From positions 19,470,304-19,534,303 of the forward strand of contig CM119263.1 in assembly GCA_051294375.1 (NCBI GenBank): 64,000 nucleotides of DNA. The letters run 5' to 3'. Below the pieces are notes generated by a model that was not told where the DNA came from, made no database searches, and saw only the letters and a list, made by a program, of their open reading frames with translations. A program made the position numbers and the translations under genes. The DNA comes from Paraspadella gotoi (Eukaryota > Animalia > Chaetognatha). Below, piece after piece: positions 52,805 to 64,000 of the stretch (position 1 is the stretch's first letter; each line of letters begins with the position of its first letter).

Positions 52805-55800
52805 TTACTTAAAGCCGACAACCTCGCGCCAACTCTCAGGTAAACGAGATCCATGATTTCTTCCAGAGAGTTCTTCCAATTCAACGGGCTCGTTTTCGCG
52901 CTTGAAATCCGAGATGGGCACTTCCCTCCAGCTTTCCGGCAAGCGTGTCGGGGACAAAGTGGATTTCGAGGAAGAAGGCGATTTCTGATGGCTCAATGTC
53001 GCCGGCGAAGTAGTTGCTGGGCAATCTTCCACAGCATCGTCCAGTACTGGTGACCGGGGTAATACCTCGAGTGGGAGAGAATCGTAGGTTGGAGAAGGTG
53101 AATTATGCCGCAAGTCGATTGCGCCGGCAACGGTATCATACGTCGGCGTAGGCGAAGATGCCCGAATAATTGAGGCTGGAGCCCTTTCCACCCAAGGCTC
53201 TAAAGTTTTGTTGGGATCCTCCGCATCATCCGAATCCCAATTCGTACGCCAGGTGAAGACAGAAACGTCGTTTCCATCCCCGTCCATTGAATAACCTAAA
53301 CAGCCGTAGGAATTAGGAAAATTGTCAATACTTAGATTGTGATTTTTATATATATATTGTGTAAATCGGTAATGCTTAAAAATGACGCCGTAAAAAAAAT
53401 AGAATGACAACGGTTCGCTATCAACTATCAACTGAACTTACCCAAACCGTATCAAGCTGAATCGAGGTGAGCTCTCTACAATAAATACCGCTCATCAAAG
53501 AAATATAATTTTTAACAACGTATTGTACTTTTATTAAATAATGGCATTCAGTATTTACTATCTAGGAAAAAAGTAAAGCACATTTTTATTAGAGGATATC
53601 TACTTGAAAACTTATTTGATTTTAAACAAGTTTGAACAAATAATATTGGATTTGCCCACGATCATTATAAGTAATTAATAATTAATTCAAATTAATTAAT
53701 TAATCAAATTAATTAATTAAGCAATTAATTAATTAATTTGATTCAAAATATTTGTTTTGATTGATTAATCGATTGATTAATTAATTATTGATTAATTAAT
53801 TAACTAATTTATTAAATAACTAATTAATTATTTGATTAATTAATATCTTGCATTTACATTTAATTTTACAAAAGTTATAATCAAATAGTAAAACAGGTTT
53901 TTTATTTTTTTTAATTTAAACTTATTTTTACTCAAACGATTCTATCAAAACTTGATTTCTAGCTTAATCATATACTTTCTTTCCCACATAAAAAATTTTA
54001 GGTCAATAATTGGTGTTCAAATAATGAAATATATTTTTTTTTATTTAAACTCATTTTTATTCGGACGATTTCATCGAAACTTCATATCTAGCTCAATCAC
54101 ATTTCCCTACCCACACCAAAATTTCATTCCAATCCATCCATCCAATCACGAGTAATTGGTGTTTTTTGTTAAGGTAGGATGAACAGACAAAAACGGACAG
54201 ATGGATGGACAGATGGACATCATTTTTTTTGCATAATTTATTATAATTTGATGTTCTGACATGATATAAGTGAATGCCCGACAAGATTGAGGGGGCGGAC
54301 CGATGGATCGACAAAGTGAATTATAGAGTTGGGATCTGCTAATAAGCAGATTCGACTAAAAATAAAAATATTTTTAAATTTATATTAAATTTCTTTTTAG
54401 TAACTTCTTTCCATTTTTGTAGGTCAAATTGTTTAGTAGTTACAAGCAAGTTACAAAAGCATATCTGATACTGAAAAAAGGCATCCCAAATATTAAAAAT
54501 ATTTTGTATAATTTTTATTGAATAAATAAACTTTTTAACAATTATGTGATATACTTTTTTCCTAGATAGTACTATTTAATATAAAATGATTTTTTTCCAA
54601 TGATTAAATCATTAATTATTTTTTTTAGCAAAATTAAATCAAAAGTTGATTTTTTTTAAAATATAAAACTTTTCAAATTCTTACTCCTAGTCTTTGCTCA
54701 TTTCAAATTATTAAAATTTACAAACAGCATTGATTCAACCATTATTTGGGCTATCTTATGATTTGAATAAAAATAAAATTAATTAAAAAGCGACGAGCTT
54801 ACCCAAATTTAAAATTCCTTTGGGCGACTCTCTATCTGCTTCGGGATGTACTATATATCGGCCTTTCCTTGCATCCCAATTGAACCCCCCGTCGTACAGA
54901 ACAGGCTGAAAAGAAGAATCGAGATGGCGCGGCGGCGGAGTGGGCGGTACCAAGGTAGTCCTGACTGGTGCTAGAAAAGTGGAAAGGTGTCGCCTCGGAC
55001 TCGGGACCGGAACTTCTCCTTTTGGTGAACGTAGAGGACTTCGGAGGGGGGGACGATTTAACTGCGTTGTTCTTAGCTTAATCCTAAATTAATCTTTGCT
55101 TACCAATCAATGGGTGGCGTCGTGAAAGCAACAGGGACAAATCCCGATGATGATACCTCCAGCGCGTGAAGGTCGGAATGAAGAACGTCGGTGGCACTAG
55201 ATGAGGCGTTGCGCGACCGTCTCGGAGGCGAAGAGGGCGATGACGAGGGAACCGACGAGGAAGATGACCGAGCAGCTCGTTGAGGACGCGCTTGACCCCG
55301 AATCAACGCCAAAGCAACCTTGTTCAGGCGTCGTTTTCGATGGCCCTCGAAACATGCGACAACGGCGATAACAACGATTAACGAGAAGACGACGCCGGCG
55401 GAAACGAACAAGGCTAGGAAGAATGAATCTCGATCTTCGCTGGTTGGCAAAGACGGCGAAGGAACAGCGACGCACGGGGGCACCGACATGCACTGACAAA
55501 TCCAATTTTCTTGCTGTGGCATCAGGCAAGACGCGATGGGACGACATGTTCTAAATACCACGGCGTTTAGGAAACAAAAGGCACGAATTCTGTGTGTCGA
55601 CGTCAGCTCCATCGTTTCGGAGTGGTGACGTAACCAAAAGCTGCTGAGATTCGATTCTGGAAAGACGTACTCTAATCGGCCGACGGCTTCGATCAGGAAA
55701 TCTAAGATCTCCCTCACCCTGGCTGAATTAACGGGCGCCTCTACATCGAGACTCAAAATCCCGTCAATTACAACGCTGCCATTGGAAATGGTTTCGATGA

Positions 55801-58800
55801 AGACAGAGGGTGTAAATGAGGAGAATGCGAAAACGTGGCTTAAGTCGCGCTTGAGACTGAGATAGAAAGAATGATTTCGTCGCAAAGTCCCGTCGAGCGA
55901 ATGTAGATCCAGAGGAAAGGAAAGATATAGGCGGACAGTGAAGTTAAGAGAGACGGTGAAATTGGAGTGAACGGAAGCAAAAGTGGGGTCGGCGGTTATA
56001 GTTGGGGGATCCGTAGGGCAGGGAACCAAAAGAGACCATTCTTCCTTGAGGCTGCTTCGTCCATACAAATCTGAAAACGTTTTAATGAAGAGTTAACGAG
56101 AGGAAGGTTCTCAACTTGTAATTACTGCCGTTTAACATATTGCTTACCTCGGGTCATTGGCGCTAAGAAATACTCAACGTCGCAGTCGTTCACATCGATC
56201 AGCAATGAATAGTTATTTCTGTCAGAATCGAAATCGATAACCAAAGGCGAGGATATTCCCGGTTGTCGGTGAACCACGAATCCAATAAGATCGTCCACAT
56301 CTTTGACAGAGGTATCTACCCGCCACAACAACTCTCGCCTGGGAGATGGAGAAAACCAGAAGTCGGCGACGAGTGGATGGCCAGTGATTAGAAAACTCGC
56401 TTCAATTTTTTTGGTTTCGTTGAAAGAGATGCGCGCGGGTGACGATCGAAATGAGCCCTAAATTAAATTTTAGAATAGCAAGATCGGTTCATCCAATGTG
56501 TTGCGCCGCAGTAACTATTTTCATGTATATTTCTCGTAACATAAAAATAACTTTCTTAGCCTGTGTATTTATGACACGCACTGCATTGGAATTACATCTT
56601 CTATTGTTTATAGTTTTAGAATTTCTAGCAGTCCTTTAGATTTGAGGTTTTTTTCTGTCTTTACAAATGAGCAACTAAATTTAAGCAAATTATATGCAAT
56701 TTTAATGTAAGTAGGACAGACCAACGGACAGACAGACCAACCGAAAGACCGACCGAAAAGTGACTTATAGAATTATTACGCGAGTACAAGAGGCGCATCT
56801 AATAAACCTGGACTGGATTAAAAATTTTAAAAGTTGAACAAAGTATTTGATTTGATTTTATTATGAAAATTTGCAAATTACTTGTTTCACTATTTTCTAT
56901 TTTTATATTTAATCAATATTATCTAAACAAATATATATTGCTTTCTTTTTTTTTAAAAAATGTTTTATCTAATNNNNNNNNNNTAATTAAAATAAGTTAC
57001 ATAATTAGTTTAATAATAAGTTAATAATCAAGGGTAGGTTAATGTAAAGTTAACATTAAGTTAATTGGTAAAAGTTAAAAAATAAATTAAATCAGAGAGT
57101 TAAATAAGTTAAATAAGTTATTTAAATAATATTGTTGATGTTATTATTATAATTATTATTTAGTGGTTTATTTTTATTATTTTTTCCTTATCATTTTTAC
57201 TAGGAACTATCATGTATAATCTTTTTTGAAAATAGATTAACATCAGTAACATTATATTTTTTTATTAGCTCCTTATAATTATTGAAAAATTTAATTCCCA
57301 TTTTTCTCAAGTCCTTAAATATATAACCCTGACTTTGTAGCTTTTTGCTTAAATTTATTGCTCTCGATGAAAAATCTGTAAACGTTTTATTTATTAATAT
57401 TTTGTTTTATAGTATAAAATGGTCCATATTTGTGCGCTTATTTATGATAATGAATTCAAGTTTTTCGATCTGGTATAGGAGCAGTAAGCTTTTATTAACA
57501 GACAGTACAATTGGGTCACACTGTAGGTACAGTTGGTATGATATAGATAAATTTAAATCAGGGAAGCCTAAGTTCAGAAAGCTCGGTTCACAAATTATTT
57601 ACAATGATTATATTTCTAACTTTTAAAAACTCTCAAAATTGAAACGTGGACTTATAAAACCTACAAATATCTTTGAATAACTAGAATATGTTTAGGTATA
57701 ACCTTAGATAATATCGCATAAACATCGAACTGAAAAGAGTCGCCTTCCGCGAAACCCAATAGATAAGACCTCGTCGACATCGTCAAGGAAACGGTCTTCA
57801 GCGAGATGGACGATTTGGCGCTTGTCACGTTGACAACGACGAGATAAGATTCGAATCGGCCGTTAGGCGGCGACCACGACAACAGCAGGATATTGGTAAG
57901 GACAGAGACGGTGAGGTTGCGCGGCGGAAAAGGACGTATCTGAATTGGGACGCATTCACGAAGACTGCGTCTCCCATCTTTCGATAAAAAAATAGAAAAT
58001 ACAAAATAAAACAAAAATTAACTTCATACATACTCACCATCTTTATATTCTGTACAGACGCAAACCGTGTACTGTTGACCAGGCGTCAAATTCGAAATCA
58101 GAGCAGTCGTTATATTATTTTTTACGATTATCGGCGGCTTGGAGCTGGGAAACCACTCGACCTTAAAGTGGTAATCCGTAAGGAGCCACAAGTCCGCAAA
58201 AGGCGGCGTCCATTTTACAAAAGCGGCGTCGTCAACAGCGGCAATTTTCAAATCGCGCGGCGCCGGAGGCAAAGAAGCTGTTGAATTGGGATCCACGCCA
58301 GCCAATCGTATCGCGGAATCAATGCCGGCCACGAAAAAGTGGGACGGGCCAAAGAGCGCTTCCATGCGACGACTGACCAACTGCAAACAATCGGAGAGAC
58401 GGGCAGTCCAGGAAATGTTTCCACCGACGACGAGTTCAGCCTGTTCAACCAGTCGATCGCGGAGAGTCGCGATGAAATATTCGCTGTCACCAGTTTCGGG
58501 ATCGTATATCGGCTCTAACTCGAGGGCAGCCATCATGACTGAGACACGATCGGGGTTGCGGTGCAGCTCCTCGCATAAGTAAGAGGATAGGAAACTGAAA
58601 AAAAAAAAAAAAAAATAGCCGAGTTAATACTTCGTCTACCTTGTGTTTCCGCTATACAAAAAGCACACCTAACATTCATCTTGGTCATTGATACAAACTC
58701 GGTTTTGATTTTAGGCTCTGAACAAACGAGACTTTTCCAGGAGTCACGGTCTTGAATGAGCTTCATGTAATATTTTGGTTGGAAAAGAAAGAGAACAAAT

Positions 58801-61800
58801 TCGTAAAAAGAAAAGTCGTCGTAGAGAAGCGGCTGGAACGTCCAAATGCGAGAGAAAGATGGTTGCGATGGATCGGCCGGAATCAGAATCGCGTCGAGGT
58901 CTTAATGAGCAAACGTTAAAATGTTAACGAATAGTAAAAATAGTAAAAAACTGTAATGACTTGCCGCCCGTTGTAGCGTCTTACAGTATGATTTTTCTCG
59001 TTTGTAACATTTCGTGATATTATGTCTAATGTAACTAAGAAACCGTAAAATTTTAAGAGATTAATGATAGTTTTTGAAGGTCTCGGTTTTGCATTTTTTA
59101 TGATGTATAATGTATATTGTATGTAACATATTTGTAATAAGTCTTCGTTATTAAATGACTGTCAATTGGGAGGAGGTCAAATTTGAAACTTCAATTTATC
59201 TATTGTTTTGGCTGATTAAAAAGTACTTAAAATTAAAGCGAAAATAAATATGAGGTAACATGTACCATTCTTCTCCTCTTTAAAACGAAGTGAAAATTGA
59301 AGTGCTGGCAAAATGCAACATTTCGCATCCTAATTACTATACCAGTACATAAGGCTTCATATTAGAAAATGCTCTTTCGTTTTTTCGAACCAAGAATTAG
59401 TTCTGACCAAATCACTGAACCAAATTTTACATGATTTTGCATACACTATCCCAATGGCCATACCAATAAGACTATCGAGGTGATTTTCAATATTTTACCC
59501 TTGAGCTAACTTAGCTCAGCTAAGATACAGATACAAGATACACCCCACGGGGGTGAAAAAAATGACCATTTTTTTTATTTAAAGATTCAAAAATTTGTGT
59601 GATCAATTGCATTTATTTTTACAACATATCCTTACATTTTAACGCTTGTTCGTCGGAGGCGTTGACGACGTACAACGCAAGTTCGATAAAATTGACAACC
59701 ATATCTGTTTCGTTTCTCGACGCCTCATCGCAGGAGGATGGCGTTTCGTCGAATATCAAATGTTTCATCAGAATGGGCCAATAGTCGAGCCTCTCGAAAA
59801 AAGAAGGGCAACTCGTCACTATATCGATCTGGTCGAAGATCAGCTCCAACTTAGAAGAGTTGGCCACGTCAAGGACGAAAGGCCTGGCGAAGGCTACGGC
59901 TTCGGAAACCACGTCAGTCTTCGGGTCAAAATCGTCGACGCCGAGAACGTCAATGACGACGGGCAAGAGGCCAAAATGGAGTTGTTCGTCGGAAAGGCGA
60001 TCGAGTAAATCACGACTGGACTCCTCGTGCTCGAAGAAGCGAACGATGAAGTGGTTCAGCAAGCGTTGCAGAGCGAATAACGAGTCGCGGACCACTTGGA
60101 TGAAAGTGTCGAGTGAGTGATCCATGGCGTACACGCGCTTGTTGATCCGAAAGAAAAGGTTTCGCCGAAAACTTTTTACTTCCGATTCCATGTTGGAATC
60201 TCGGAAAAGACAGAATCTTTGACGGGATCTTGATAGACGAGTGAAAACGGCATCGACGATGGTGGAATTGTAGTCCGAAGCTGAGAGAATTGGGATAGAG
60301 AAAGGGAATTTTGAGAAAGTCAAAGTTAGGATTACGAAATTCGCATATCGAACAAATGAAAAAACCAACCATAAACTAAAAGACCTTACCTTTCTTACTC
60401 CTGTATAAAGAAAAAGTTCATTAACAAGACATTAACAATCATGACCCCAATGATCTCGTACTGGAGTTTTCTTTTTCGGGCCAAAAATTAGGATCATCGC
60501 ATAGAAACTGAAGAATTTCTCGACTGTCGGAGAACGATTTCATGTCGGGAGTGACTTTCTTGGCTCTGAAAAGCAACGGGAGAAGAACCGGCAGATCCGA
60601 CTCGACCAAGCGAAATAGTTGCTCCGTTTGATTCGCGCGGAGACGCATCATCTGGCGCGTCAAGAAAAATCGGAGGAAAAAATTGGGTTCAACTACAGAA
60701 GTACAGGCTTCATATTAGAAAATGCTCTTTCGTTTTTTTGAATCGAGAATCGGTTCTGACCAAATCACTGAACCAAATTTTACATTTTACATACAGTATC
60801 CGAATGGCCATATTCAATATTTTACTCCAAAGCTAAGATACATAAATTTAAATTAATTTTTCTTCCTTTAAACATGCTTAGTCCATCATTCTCGATATAA
60901 TTTTTGCTCTCCACTCAAAAGCTGACATGAACCTCTTATATTTATGATCCTGAAAATAGAGCAAAAATTGTTTTTTGGTCATGCATAATAAATGTACTTT
61001 TCTGAACAAGAAAACATTTCTGCATCTGCTCAGGATTAAAAAATTAATTTAAAAGGGGTCCATATTAGGGTGGAGCGATGAAAAGATTGAGTGATTGAAC
61101 ATTATTTTTTTGCTGTTTATAGATATATAATTAATGAATTTTAAATCCTTTTAAAAATTTTTTATCATAACAGTATAATAAATTCAATTATTAATGTAAT
61201 AATATCTTTATAAAATCGTTAAATTTCAAAATAATTTTATTTTTAAGAACAGATTTGGATTCGCCATAAAAAACTAAGAAACTTTTATAAAATATGTTAT
61301 ATGTTATTTTAATATTTGGATCATAAAAAATTATTAAAACGTTTTAACATATATAAGTTTTTACTACAAAGAATAAAAAAATCATGAATTTTTACCTTTT
61401 TTACACCCGTTTTAAACGCTGAAGATGACAATTTTTGATTACATATTTTATATCTTTGATTCAACTTTTTATAAAAAATCTGAATTTTTAATAACAAAAG
61501 TTTACTATTTTATAAGAATATTATTACAAATATATTATATTTTACTGTTCTGTTCCCGAGACAATATGAACAAAATATTTTTTGTACTAGTTAATCATAC
61601 CGCCTTACATCTAAATATCCTTGTTCGATCATTCAAATAATTTTTTTGTTCTCGAGTGCTCCACTCTAGTCCATATCTCGGGTCATAGGTCAAATTTCAA
61701 AAATTCCCTATTGCCCTAAAATTAATTCGTGCAAAATTTCACTGAAGTCGGACTCGTACTAGTTCTCGGTTCGAAAAAACGAAAGAGCATTTTCTAATAT

Positions 61801-62151
61801 GAAGCTGCCTAGTGCCTACGCAAATAGCAATAGAATGATTCAAAGGTAAATAAAGAAAAACTTTTGCATTAATGAAAAACACTGCCCTCGGACCTTCCTT
61901 GCATCGGAGGTTTGATTATATATTTGAAGGAAGTCGGCGGAAATCTCGAAGATGAGGATATATGGGTAAAAGAAAGGGTTTTTGAAGAATTCAGGTTGTG
62001 CCGCGAACACGTCTTCTACGAGAATGTCGAGGAAGCGAGATAATTTTATAACGGATTCGTCGATCGCCGAAGTCACGTCGAATAGCTGCGACGACGACGA
62101 CGACGACGATAAAAGGAGAAGAAGAAATAAAGAGCTAAAGCAATTGAACAT
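52805..62151 (-). CDS. Large type I membrane protein: signal peptide, helical N-terminal region, 2-3 FN3 domains, SEA domain, EGF-like Cys cluster, TM, Pro/Ser-rich tail (about 10 exons; may be more than one gene)
   Basis: MFNCFSSLFLLLLL leader; FN3 PPAPRDL..VKWTPP..ISNLTPGQQYTVCV and PPRNLTV..LSWSPP; SEA-like ISNGSVVID; C-x4-C-x8-C-x-C; TM FFLALFVSAGVVFSLIVVIAVVACF followed by HRKRR. Confidence 0.65.
53625..54360 (+). mobile_element. Helentron/HINE-like family A copy (intronic)
   Basis: Same termini and body as the other family A copies. Confidence 0.65.
59352..59520 (+). mobile_element. Truncated copy of MITE family E
   Basis: GGCTTCATATTAGAAAATGCTCTTTCG.. is nearly identical to 60705 onward. 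Confidence 0.6.
60704..61807 (+). mobile_element. MITE family E with long TIRs, hosting a nested family D MITE
   Basis: GCTTCATATTAGAAAATGCTCTTTCGTTTTTT at the left end and its reverse complement at 61772-61806. Confidence 0.75.
61066..61668 (+). mobile_element. hAT-type MITE (family D), copy 2
   Basis: TIR TAGGGTGGAGC / GCTCCACTCTA; perfect 8 bp TSD GTCCATAT at 61058-61065 and 61669-61676. Confidence 0.85.
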
Positions 62152-64000
62152 CTCGAGGAGCTAAGGTGAATCGTCTCTGGAAATGTCTAAACTAAATTGA
62201 ACTCTGGAGATAAAGCAAAGCTGGCGGAAAAAACTCCTAAACAGCAATGAATAAGATTTATGTTTTTTTTTTCGAGTTATATAATAACGTCTTTTAAAAA
62301 CGGGGAAGTAGCATAGAACAATATTTCATTTATAAAATACTTACCGAAATGGTAAGTGCGAAAAAACATTGCAAAAACAATAATTTGCATAAATGATTGT
62401 AGACTGAACAAACAAAAATTTACAAGCTAGATGGGCAGGAATTCTTTTTTATTTTGACTTTGTATGAACCTTAAGCAAATATTTTACAAGCTTTCCAGAG
62501 AAAATATTTTTTAAAATCCATAGTATTTCTTTAGAAGGGCATAGTATTTCGGCATTAAATAATTGAAATGTTAATTTTATTATTGTCAATTTAAAAAGAA
62601 AAAAATAATAAAATTGCTTCAAAAAACAATCCAATCTTTTAAAATAAAACTATTAAGTTATGTCACGATTTAACGTCGCCGACGAATCGTCGACCTCATC
62701 GGAATGCTGATTTTAGTCCATAATACAAAGTATATGGTACATTTTCATTTTCATAACGCTAATTGTGAAGCAAAGTAAAAACAAATAAAAATAAGATAAA
62801 ATATTAAAAATATTATTACTAACAAATTCATGCATCTGAACAATTCTCACCTATTTCAGCTTATGCCTTATCCTTATTTTTTTTATAAAACAATAACCAT
62901 AGGGGGCTTTAACGATTTTGGTTTTTTTGGTTTTGTTTATTGACTATTGAAGCAAATAGAGTTTCAAACTTTAAGAAACTATTCCTTAAGTTAATTCTAA
63001 ATAAGAAATCCTATGTCCGATCCAAAGAACAAAATATCTTGTAAAACGTTGTCAAAAATTTATTTAAAAATCCCAGAGAAGAACAAGCAATCTCCCAATT
63101 TAGCTTTTTCTAGGGAGTTCGATCAATTAAGGTGATTAATTTTACATCCTTCTACGTCGTTTTTTGATTATTATAATAATTATTATTTACAACTAACGAT
63201 GAGAGAAGAAAAACTGATTCTAAAAGTTAATTTAGAAGGAAGAGTATTCCCGCACAAAATATGTATAAAAACTGAAACCACAACTGGACAATACTTTAAA
63301 ATCCAATGAGTCTACGTAAATACGAGCTAAATTTTTTTTGTTTTAATGAACGCGCAGAAAATCAGTAAAAACAAATCTCAAAATTTCCGCGGCCAGATAG
63401 TCAATGAAATGAAAATAAAATTAAAGCCCAAAGAATAAAAAACAATTTTAATAAACGGCTTACTCCCAAAAGCGATTATTCAATATTACCGAAATTTACT
63501 AAGAAATCAAGGCCGTGTCAGGGAACTGAGTTTAGTCGAGAAAAGGCAAACAGAGAAAATGACTAGGTCTTCTTGAAACAAAACTCTTTACATGATTTAA
63601 AGAACGAAGCTCATTACAAATGGGCCTCTAAGTCTAACGAACATATGAGGACCCCTACCTCGATCGGGCAGGCTCTACCCGATGAAAAATCGTTCCGAAA
63701 CCGTGTTCTTTAAGAAGAGATAGAGCAAACCTTCACTCTCTCGTGGAAGTTATCGACGTGATAATAGAAAGAAAATGCCACTAGGGACAGGACTATTACT
63801 ACTACCATTGAAATTTGATAAAAACCACTATTATTGATATATTAAAAAGGCACTTGACACTGCTGCAATGGGGGCTGCTTTTTGCTGCCGTCCGTATATG
63901 ATGCACCGCTGCAATGATGTAGTAGTTAGTTGGTTTTAGATAAAAAGATCCGTTTAGTTCTCCAAAACTGTACAATCTTTTGAACTGTTGCCCTTTGTCA

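Overview
AT-rich, intron-containing eukaryotic DNA, most likely from an invertebrate animal (many 50-120 nt GT-AG introns, two 10-N assembly gaps). The long ORFs in the track over purine or pyrimidine tracts are artefacts. Genes assembled by hand from exons: a delta-9 acyl-CoA desaturase (+), a secreted DUF4419-like protein, two tandem discoidin (F5/8C)-like cell-surface proteins, a secreted Pro/Arg- and Gly/Met-rich WAP-domain protein, an MFSD8-like MFS transporter, a tandem array of five GT29 sialyltransferase-like (ST6GalNAc III-VI-like) genes, and a large type I membrane protein with FN3, SEA and EGF-like modules (all on -). Non-coding DNA holds Helentron/HINE-like elements, hAT-type MITEs with target-site duplications, tRNA-derived SINEs, a CCA-ended tRNA-Leu retrocopy and a 2.3 kb polypurine tract. 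Most notable are a dispersed family of minimal type I hammerhead ribozyme motifs (CUGAUGA-stem II-GAAACAUGUH) with compensatory stem changes, and the divergent, tightly packed sialyltransferase array. All family assignments come from motif recognition by eye; no searches were run.
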